DNA of 58,000 bases from Acidimicrobiales bacterium. GTDB lineage: Bacteria > Actinomycetota > Acidimicrobiia > Acidimicrobiales > CAIXPF01. A program made the position numbers and the translations under genes. Under the pieces are notes generated by a model. The model had not been told where the DNA came from, made no database searches, and worked only from the letters and a program-made list of their open reading frames with translations. This document shows, piece after piece, positions 51,443 to 58,000 of this stretch. Location: positions 1-58,000 of the forward strand of contig JBJXGF010000407.1 in assembly GCA_046153015.1 (NCBI GenBank). The letters run 5' to 3'. The stretch's first letter is position 1. Each line of letters begins with the position of its first letter.

Positions 51443-52636
51443 ATGGCCGCAGTCATCGACGAAGCTCACGTCAGCCAGCTCTGTGACCAGCTCCTTTCCG
51501 AGCTCGACCCGAAGGCCACGCGCCCCAAGGAGTTCCTCGGCCGCCAGTTCGACCTCGGTCTGGCGTGGGTGCACTTCCCGGTGGGCGAGGGTGGCCTCGG
51601 GGCGTCGCCCAAGCTGCAGCGCACGATCGCCCAGCGGCTGCAGGAGGCGGGCGCGCCGAACTCCGCGTACCGAAACCCGATCGGCTACGGCATGTGCGCA
51701 CCCACCGTGGTGGTGCACGGCTCGCCCGAGCAGCGCCGCCGCTACCTCCGGCCGCTGTTCACCAGCGAGGAGATCTGGTGCCAGCTCTTCAGCGAGCCCG
51801 GCGCCGGGTCCGATGTGGCCGGGCTCGCCACCCGAGCCGTGCGCGACGGCGACGAGTGGGTGGTGAACGGGCAGAAGGTGTGGACCACGCTGGCGCACCT
51901 CTCCCGCTGGGGGCTGCTCCTCGCCCGCACCGACCCGAACGCGGCGAAGCACAACGGCATCACCGCGTTCGTGATCGACATGCACCAGCCCGGCGTCGAG
52001 GTGCGCCCGCTGCGCCAGATCACCGGGGAGGCCGAGTTCAACGAGGTCTACTTCACCGACGCCCGCGTGCCCGACGCCGAACGCCTGGGCGAGGTCGGCG
52101 AGGGTTGGCGGGTGGGGCTGACCACGCTGATGAACGAGCGGGTGGCGATCGGCGCCGGCGGCGCGCCGGCCCGGGGCTCGGGCACGATCAGCCTGGCGGT
52201 GAAGGCCTGGAACCAGCTTCCCGAGGACCGCCGCGACCCCGCCCACAAGGACGAGCTGATGCGGCTGTGGGTGGAGGCGGAGGTGACCCGGCTCACCAAC
52301 ATCCGCGCCGGGGCGATGCGCAAGATGGGCACGCCCGGCCCCGAGGGCTCGGTCGGCAAGCTGTCCTTCGCCGAGCTGAACAAGCGGATCTCGAGCTTCG
52401 CCCTCAACCTCATGGGCGCCGAGGCGATGCTGTACGGCAGCTACGAGCTGGTCCGCCCCGAGATCGCGATGAGCTTCGAGAGCGTGCAGAAGCTGTTCCT
52501 GCGCTGCCGGGCCAACTCGATCGAGGGCGGCACCTCGGAGATCATGAAGAACATCCTCGCCGAGCGCACCCTCGGCCTGCCGGGCGACGTGCGGGCCGAC
52601 AAGGACCTGCCCTGGAGCCAGGTGCCCCGCAGCTGA
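51443..52636 (+). CDS. acyl-CoA dehydrogenase
   Basis: It has FSEPGAGSDVAGL, EWVVNGQKVWTT and GGTSEIMKNILAE. Confidence 0.9.
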   Translation: MAAVIDEAHVSQLCDQLLSELDPKATRPKEFLGRQFDLGLAWVHFPVGEGGLGASPKLQRTIAQRLQEAGAPNSAYRNPIGYGMCAPTVVVHGSPEQRRRYLRPLFTSEEIWCQLFSEPGAGSDVAGLATRAVRDGDEWVVNGQKVWTTLAHLSRWGLLLARTDPNAAKHNGITAFVIDMHQPGVEVRPLRQITGEAEFNEVYFTDARVPDAERLGEVGEGWRVGLTTLMNERVAIGAGGAPARGSGTISLAVKAWNQLPEDRRDPAHKDELMRLWVEAEVTRLTNIRAGAMRKMGTPGPEGSVGKLSFAELNKRISSFALNLMGAEAMLYGSYELVRPEIAMSFESVQKLFLRCRANSIEGGTSEIMKNILAERTLGLPGDVRADKDLPWSQVPRS

Positions 52637-52651
52637 CGGGCGGCCCGACCC

Positions 52652-53035
52652 TCAGCGGGCGATGACCTTGACCTGCTTGACCAGCGTCTTGGCCACCGGG
52701 CAGCGGGCCACGGTGGCCACCAGCCGGCGTCGGTCGGCGGCGGAGAGCTCGCCCGTCAGCTCCACCTCGCAGGTGAACACCGCGTCGTCGTCGCCGCGCT
52801 CGAGGGTCACGGTGACCGCCGCCTCGTGCAGCGCGAGGCCGTACTTCTCGGCGGCGATGCGCAGCGTGATCGCGGCGCAGCCGGCGAGGGCCGCCTCGAG
52901 CAGCTCGTGGGGGCCGAAGCCGGCTTCCCCCGCCTCCCGCGCCGAGCCCGAGTTCACCAGCGCCTCGGCGACGCCGTTGGCGATCAGCGCGTGATGGCCG
53001 GCGGCGTTCGAGCTGAGGCCCGCCCGGATCGTCAC
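52652..53035 (-). CDS. OsmC-family peroxiredoxin-like protein
   Basis: It is 127 aa and has the two conserved Cys contexts LAGCAAIT and ARCPV. Confidence 0.8.
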   Translation of the reverse strand: MTIRAGLSSNAAGHHALIANGVAEALVNSGSAREAGEAGFGPHELLEAALAGCAAITLRIAAEKYGLALHEAAVTVTLERGDDDAVFTCEVELTGELSAADRRRLVATVARCPVAKTLVKQVKVIAR

Positions 53036-53640
53036 GCCCCGGCCCCCGAGCCGTAGGGCCCGCCGAGGCGGCGCAGGAACGGCGCCTCGTTAACGGTGAC
53101 GATCGATCGCAGCCCGGCGCGAGCGGCGCGCACCCGGTTGAGGCCGCAGTACCACGGCTCGAAGAACACGTGCTGATCCACGCCGAGCACCGCGGCGAGG
53201 AACGCATTGATCACCCCGCCGTGACACACGGCGGCGACGGTCTCACCCGGATGCGCCTCGACGATCCGGTCGAGCGCGGGGAGCACCTCGGCTCGCCAGC
53301 GGACGCGCTCGGGGCCGTCGGCGGTGAGCGCGAACCAGCGTTCGTCCTTGGCCGCCTTGAGCTCCTCGATCGGCACGTACACCGCGTGGCTGCGGTCGTA
53401 CTCGGCGATCTCGTCCACCACCACGGCGGCCAGGCCGAGGGCCGCCTCGAGCGGCGCCGCGGTCTGGCGGGCGCGGGCCAACGGGCTCACGTACAGCGCC
53501 GACACCGGCTCGGCGGCGAGCCAGGCGGCCATCTCCTCGGCCTGCGTCCGCCCGAGCGCCGACAGCGGCGGGTCGGCCGGGCGGCCGTCGAGGTTCTCGA
53601 CACGCTCGGGCTGGCCGTGACGGATGAGGATCAGCTCCAT
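53032..53640 (-). CDS. histidine phosphatase (phosphoglycerate mutase-like) family protein
   Basis: It has the RHG motif (LILIRHGQPE) and a later CHGG. It overlaps OsmC by 4 nt. Confidence 0.85.
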   Translation of the reverse strand: MELILIRHGQPERVENLDGRPADPPLSALGRTQAEEMAAWLAAEPVSALYVSPLARARQTAAPLEAALGLAAVVVDEIAEYDRSHAVYVPIEELKAAKDERWFALTADGPERVRWRAEVLPALDRIVEAHPGETVAAVCHGGVINAFLAAVLGVDQHVFFEPWYCGLNRVRAARAGLRSIVTVNEAPFLRRLGGPYGSGAGA

Positions 53641-53758
53641 GACCGGCCGGAGATTAACGCGGGCCGCGGGGCCCAGGGTCGTGAGACGGGATGCCGATGG
53701 CCCTCACACCACTCACCAGGCGCGATGGCTTCGACGCGTGGCCGGTAGCGTAAAGACG

Positions 53759-55189
53759 GTGCAGCGCAGGACCAAGATCATCGCCACGATCGGCCCGGCG
53801 TCAGAACGTGAGAGCGTCCTGCGTCAGATGATCGAGGCCGGCATGGATGTCGCCCGCATCAGCCTCTCGCACGGCAACCTCGACGAGGCGCTCGGCCGGT
53901 ACGAGGCGGTGCGCAAGCTCGGCGCCGAGGCCGGACGGCCGATCGGCTGCCTGGTCGACCTGCCGGGTCCGAAGATCCGCGCCGCCAGCTTCGGCGACGA
54001 GGGCGTGGTCTTCGCCGACGACCAGCTGTTCCGCCTGGTCCCGGGCCGGGTGCACAGCACCTCGGAGGTGGTGGAGGTCGCGTACGACGATCTGCTGCGC
54101 GACGTCGAGATCGGCGACCACCTGGCCTTCGGCGACGGCGCCATCGACTTCGAGGTGGTCGACGCCAACCGGGAGGGGCTCACCGCCAAGGTGCTCCATG
54201 GCGGGCGCGTGCAGGGCCGGCCCGGCGTGTACATCCCCTCGGACCGGCTGCGCATCCCTTCGCCCACCCCCGACGACCTGCGGATGCTCGACGCGTTCGT
54301 GGAGGCCGGGGTCGACATGGCGGCGCTGTCGATGGTGCGCTCGGCGCACGACGTGCGCCGGGTGGGGACCGAGCCGCACCCGGCGGGCCCGCTGATCGTG
54401 GCCAAGATCGAGACCAAGGCCGCGGTGCAGAACCTGGCCGGCATCATCGACGCCGCGGGGGCGGTGATGATCGCCCGCGGCGATCTCGGCAACGAGATGC
54501 CGATCGAGGAGCTGCCGCACCTGCAGAAGCGGATCATCATGGAGTGCATCGCCCACGGCCGCCCGGCGATCACCGCCACGCAGATGCTCGAGTCGATGAT
54601 CCACGCGCCCGCGCCCACCCGCGCCGAGGCGAGCGACGTGGCCAACGCCGTGTTCGACGGCAGCTCGGTGGTCATGCTCTCGGCCGAGACCGCCGTGGGG
54701 GCCGACCCGGCGTTGGCGGTGCGCACCATGGCCACGCTCGCGGCGCGAGCCGACCAGGAGTTCGACTACGTCGGGTGGGGCCAGCGCTTGGCCGACCTGC
54801 GCATCACCGAGAGCGGCGACCACGACCCGGACGTGACTGACGTGATGACGATGGCCGCCTGGCGGGCCGCGGCGCAGATCAACGCAACGGCGATCCTGTG
54901 CATCACCCGCACCGGCTTCACCGTGCGGGCCATGGCCCGGTTCCGGCCCGACACCCGCATCCTCGGCTTCACGCCCGACGAACGCACGATCAACCAGCTC
55001 ACCCTGTCCTGGGGGGCCACGCCGATGCCGCTGGCCCGCTTCGGCTCCAACGAGGAGATGGTCGACGAGGCGGTGCACCGGGCCCGCAACGACGGCTACG
55101 TGCGTTCGGGCGAGGTCGTGGTGGTGCTGGCCGGCTCGAGCGAACGGGCGACCGCCACCGACGTGCTGCGCGTGGTCTACGTCCCGTGA
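53759..55189 (+). CDS. pyk: pyruvate kinase
   Basis: It has RRTKIIATIGPAS, MIARGDLG and VMLSAETA. I prefer the GTG at 53759; an alternative GTG lies at 53738. Confidence 0.9.
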   Translation: MQRRTKIIATIGPASERESVLRQMIEAGMDVARISLSHGNLDEALGRYEAVRKLGAEAGRPIGCLVDLPGPKIRAASFGDEGVVFADDQLFRLVPGRVHSTSEVVEVAYDDLLRDVEIGDHLAFGDGAIDFEVVDANREGLTAKVLHGGRVQGRPGVYIPSDRLRIPSPTPDDLRMLDAFVEAGVDMAALSMVRSAHDVRRVGTEPHPAGPLIVAKIETKAAVQNLAGIIDAAGAVMIARGDLGNEMPIEELPHLQKRIIMECIAHGRPAITATQMLESMIHAPAPTRAEASDVANAVFDGSSVVMLSAETAVGADPALAVRTMATLAARADQEFDYVGWGQRLADLRITESGDHDPDVTDVMTMAAWRAAAQINATAILCITRTGFTVRAMARFRPDTRILGFTPDERTINQLTLSWGATPMPLARFGSNEEMVDEAVHRARNDGYVRSGEVVVVLAGSSERATATDVLRVVYVP

Positions 55190-55229
55190 GCGCAGGACCG
55201 CTCGGCCGCCGCGCCGGCTCGGCCGGCGG

Positions 55230-56024
55230 GTGAGGTCGGTCTTCCAGACCCGGCCCGTCCAGCGTCGCAGCCCGTCCGGGCTGGCGGTGTGGGAAGACGG
55301 CCCGGCCGAGGCGGCGGTGGCGGTGCTGGTGCACGGCACGATGGACCGCGCCCGGAGCTTCGCCAAGACGATTCGCCGCCTGCCCCACGTCCGGCTGGTG
55401 AGCTACGACCGGCGCGGCTACGGGGCCTCGCTGGAGGTGGCCCCCGCCGGCTTCGACCGCCAGGCGGCCGACCTGCTCGAGGTGCTCGACGGGCGCCCGG
55501 GCGTGTTGGTGGGCCACAGCTTCGGCGGCGCACTGGCGCTCGCCGCGGCGGCGCGGGCGCCCGGGCAGGTGGGCGCCGTCGCCGCGTTCGAGGCCCCGAG
55601 GCCGATCCGGCCCGGGCAGGCCGCGGGCGCCGTGCCGCCGCCCGCCGACGACGACCCCGCAGCCGCCGCCGAGCGGTTCCTGCGCCGCCTGTTCGGCGAC
55701 CGCATCTGGGAGCGCCTGCCGGCCGAGGTGCGAGAGGAGCGCCGCCGGGAGGGCGCCGCCATGCGGGCCGACCGCGCCGCGCTGTCGGGCGTGGGGGCGC
55801 CCGGCGCGCGCTACGACGACGGCGCGCTCACGATGCCGGTGCTGGCCGGGCGGGGCAGCGCATCCGAGGAGCGGCTGCGCCGAGCCGCCGACGACCTCGC
55901 CGCCGCGGCTGCGAAGGGCGAGCTGTTCGTGTGCGAGGGGGCCGCCCACGCCGCCCACCTGACCCACCCCGACTGCTACGCCGCGTTCGTGGCCACTGCG
56001 CTCCAGCGCGGCGGCTGCGGCTAG
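55230..56024 (+). CDS. alpha/beta hydrolase
   Basis: It has VLVHG, the nucleophile elbow GHSFGG and a C-terminal AAHAAH region. Confidence 0.8.
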   Translation: MRSVFQTRPVQRRSPSGLAVWEDGPAEAAVAVLVHGTMDRARSFAKTIRRLPHVRLVSYDRRGYGASLEVAPAGFDRQAADLLEVLDGRPGVLVGHSFGGALALAAAARAPGQVGAVAAFEAPRPIRPGQAAGAVPPPADDDPAAAAERFLRRLFGDRIWERLPAEVREERRREGAAMRADRAALSGVGAPGARYDDGALTMPVLAGRGSASEERLRRAADDLAAAAAKGELFVCEGAAHAAHLTHPDCYAAFVATALQRGGCG

Positions 56025-56094
56025 CCTCGCGCCGCCAGCCGGCGAAGCCGGCCGCACGCGCCAGCGGGGCGGCGGCGGGGCGGCGAGGAGGTTC

Positions 56095-57369
56095 ATGCGC
56101 ACGCGCGACGCTCGATTGTTCTACGGCTGGATCGTGGCCCTCGCCGCTTTCGCCATCCTGGCCGTGTCGTACGGGCTCACGTTCAGCTACGGCGTGTTCA
56201 TCAAGAGCCTCAGCGCCGACCTCGGCTGGAGCAAGGCGGAGGTGACGCTGCCGTACTCGATCTACATTCTCGTGTACGGCCTGCTCGGCAGCGTGGCCGG
56301 CTGGGCGACCGACCGGTCGGGGCCCCGCGCGGTGATCGCCGTCGGCGCGGTGTTCCTCGGCGTGGGGTTCGCGCTGGTGGGCCTCACCCACCACCTGTGG
56401 CAGCTCTACCTCTCCCTCGGCGTCGTCGCCGCCATCGGCATGAGCGCGGCGTGGGTGCCCTGCAACGCCACCGTGGTCCGGTGGTTCCGGCTCAAGCGGG
56501 GCCGAGCGCTGTCGATCAGCTCCACCGGGGGGAGCTTCGGCAACGTGCTCGCCCCGATCGTGGGCGCCGCGCTGGTCGCCTCGATCGGTTGGCGCTGGAG
56601 CTTCGCCGCGCTCGGCGCGTTCGCCACCGTGGTGATGCTGGCGTTGTCCCGTCTGATGGTGCGTGACCCGGAGCGGATGGGCCTCACCGTCGACGGCGCG
56701 CCGCCGGCCCCGCCGGGCGCCCCCGCCCCCGCGCCCGAGGCGAGCATGACCATGGCCGAGGCCCGCCGCACCCGGTCGTTCTGGGTGATCTTCGCCCTGT
56801 TCAGCGTGGTCTGGCTGGTGGTCTTCGTCCCCCAGATCCACCTGCCCGGCTTCGTGGAGGATCTCGGCTTCTCGAAGTTCGCCGGGGCGGCGGCAGTCTC
56901 CTGCGTGGGCCTCGGCGGCATGGCCGGGCGGCTCACGATGGGCGGCCTGTCCGATCGGCTGGGCCGCCTGCCGTGCCTCGGGGCGCTCCTCGGGCTGCAG
57001 ACCGTCTCGTTCGTGTCGTTCGCGCTCACCGGCTCGCTCGGGGTGCTCTATCCCACTGCGGTGGCCTTCGGCTTCGCCTACGGCGGCGGGGTCGTGATCT
57101 TCCCGGCGCTGGTCGGCGACTACTTCGGGCGGGAGCACGTCGGCGCCATCGTGGGGATCATCTTCGCCGGGGCCACGCCCCCCGGCGCGTTCGCGCCGTT
57201 CCTCGCCGGCTGGCTCTACGACGTGACCGGCGGGTATCGGATCTCGTTCGTGCTCGGCGTGGTGGTGAGCGTGGCCGCGCTGGCGCTGCTGGCGCTGCTG
57301 CGGGCCTCCGCGCCCGCCGGCGCCGCGCGGGACGCGCCGAGGGCCGCGGCCGCCCCCACCAGCGCGTGA
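56095..57369 (+). CDS. MFS transporter (oxalate/formate antiporter-like)
   Basis: It has about 12 hydrophobic helices and an N-terminal FYGWIVALAAF...YGVFI pattern typical of OFA-type MFS. Confidence 0.85.
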   Translation: MRTRDARLFYGWIVALAAFAILAVSYGLTFSYGVFIKSLSADLGWSKAEVTLPYSIYILVYGLLGSVAGWATDRSGPRAVIAVGAVFLGVGFALVGLTHHLWQLYLSLGVVAAIGMSAAWVPCNATVVRWFRLKRGRALSISSTGGSFGNVLAPIVGAALVASIGWRWSFAALGAFATVVMLALSRLMVRDPERMGLTVDGAPPAPPGAPAPAPEASMTMAEARRTRSFWVIFALFSVVWLVVFVPQIHLPGFVEDLGFSKFAGAAAVSCVGLGGMAGRLTMGGLSDRLGRLPCLGALLGLQTVSFVSFALTGSLGVLYPTAVAFGFAYGGGVVIFPALVGDYFGREHVGAIVGIIFAGATPPGAFAPFLAGWLYDVTGGYRISFVLGVVVSVAALALLALLRASAPAGAARDAPRAAAAPTSA

Positions 57370-57422
57370 GCGCCGCGTCCGCGACCGGCCTTGACCGGTC
57401 TGGTGGGAGGAATACTGGTTGG

Positions 57423-57896
57423 ATGAACACGGTGACGTTCCGGGCGCCGTTCGCTCAGCTCTGGGGGGTTCTCACCTGCCTCTACCTCGCCATCGGCGCG
57501 GCCGTGGCCACCGGGGGAACGGGGCCCGACAACCCCAAGGGCACCCCCGCGCAGAACGCGATGCTGACCGCCATGGCCCTCCTGCAGCTCACCGCGGCGG
57601 CGCGCTTCGCGCTGCTCGGCGTGCGCCTCGAGGGCGGCGAGGTCCGGGTCCGCAACCTGCTGCGCACCCGGCGGGTCCCCGCCGGCGAGGTGGAGCGGGT
57701 GGAGCTGGCCGGCCCGGGCCGGCTCGGCGAGGCCTACGGACGGCTCGTGCTGCGCGACGGCTCGACCATCCGCCTCGACGTGGTGAACCCGGTGCTGGCC
57801 CACCGTTACACGAGCGGCCGGCTCGCCGAACGGCACGGCCCGCACCTCGTGGCCGAGCTCGAGCAAGCGCTGGCCGAGGCCAGGGTGCGAGGATGA
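57423..57896 (+). CDS. hypothetical membrane protein with a C-terminal PH-like segment
   Basis: 157 aa with two N-terminal hydrophobic helices followed by EVRVRNLLRTRRVPAGEVERVEL...LVLRDGSTIRLD. The ATG is at 57423. Confidence 0.55.
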   Translation: MNTVTFRAPFAQLWGVLTCLYLAIGAAVATGGTGPDNPKGTPAQNAMLTAMALLQLTAAARFALLGVRLEGGEVRVRNLLRTRRVPAGEVERVELAGPGRLGEAYGRLVLRDGSTIRLDVVNPVLAHRYTSGRLAERHGPHLVAELEQALAEARVRG

Positions 57897-57900
57897 GCCG

Positions 57901-57999
57901 GTGACCGACCAGCCGGTGACCTTCAGCGCGTCCGGCCCACCCGAGACCGTGCTCGACCCGGAGCCGGCGGCCGCGCTCGAGGCGTTGGCCGCCGCCGCC
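57901..57999 (+). CDS. 5' end of an unidentified ORF running off the window
   Basis: A GTG at 57901 lies 5 nt after the previous stop, and the frame is open to the window end. It is too short to classify. Confidence 0.25.
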   Translation, partial: MTDQPVTFSASGPPETVLDPEPAAALEALAAAA

Positions 58000-58000
58000 G

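Noticed and set aside
1-58000. Searched for rRNA, tRNA, tmRNA, transposases, integrases, phage or plasmid genes, restriction-modification, cas, and other known defence genes.
   Set aside because: No translated ORF shows the corresponding motifs, and I saw no tRNA-like cloverleaf candidates in the few intergenic gaps. Without tRNAscan or cmscan, small RNAs cannot be fully excluded.

Overview
High-GC (by eye above 70 %) Actinomycetota-type chromosomal segment, densely coding, with about 60 protein genes. Many genes start with GTG and share 1-4 nt start/stop overlaps (ATGA, GTGA, TGATG, TAATG). I recognised no rRNA, tRNA, CRISPR array, transposase, integrase, phage gene or canonical defence gene. 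All family calls come from motif recognition in the translated ORFs without database searches. Many long ORFs in the supplied track are high-GC artefacts or N-terminal over-extensions, so I re-set starts by hand where the sequence allowed. Layout: (1) 1-1.8 kb holds the tail of a conservon (kinase end, Roadblock/LC7, DUF742, small GTPase). (2) 1.8-6.2 kb holds a 122-nt long palindrome, a Tat-secreted tandem-repeat plus beta-lactamase-fold hydrolase, an epimerase and a divergent dodecin pair, one of them fused to a USP-like domain. (3) 6.2-10.5 kb holds a tightly coupled minus-strand operon GYD-GYD-hydrolase-hydrolase-methyltransferase, a degraded mazEF-like toxin-antitoxin locus and a third GYD gene. 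(4) 10.9-37.5 kb is a catabolic/tailoring region with SnoaL-like cyclase, O-methyltransferase, MaoC, ADH, nitroreductase, MBL, Baeyer-Villiger monooxygenase, three family-III CoA-transferases, acyl-CoA synthetase, LLM oxidoreductase, hydrolases, D-aminoacylase, crotonase and amidohydrolase. ArfB, GNAT, cyclophilin, glycosylase and TetR genes are interspersed. (5) 37.7-43.8 kb holds an EcsC-like protein and a roughly 1,770-residue cadherin/PKD-like repeat protein that is broken or scrambled by several single-base frameshifts and ends in a His-rich tail. (6) 43.9-58 kb holds GGT, FAD oxidoreductase, hydrolases, GDPD, CFA synthase, SirB1-like protein, flavin reductase, acyl-CoA dehydrogenase, OsmC, histidine phosphatase, pyruvate kinase and an MFS transporter. 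I found no obvious new multi-gene system. The best candidates for a second look are the 44-bp tandem repeat forming chained uORFs in front of a CoA-transferase (34047-34178), the frameshift-riddled giant repeat protein with an unknown central domain, the GYD-rich operon, the two long-armed intergenic palindromes (1846-1967, 10684-10800), and the 420-bp non-coding gap with a hairpin and paired repeats (21859-22280).
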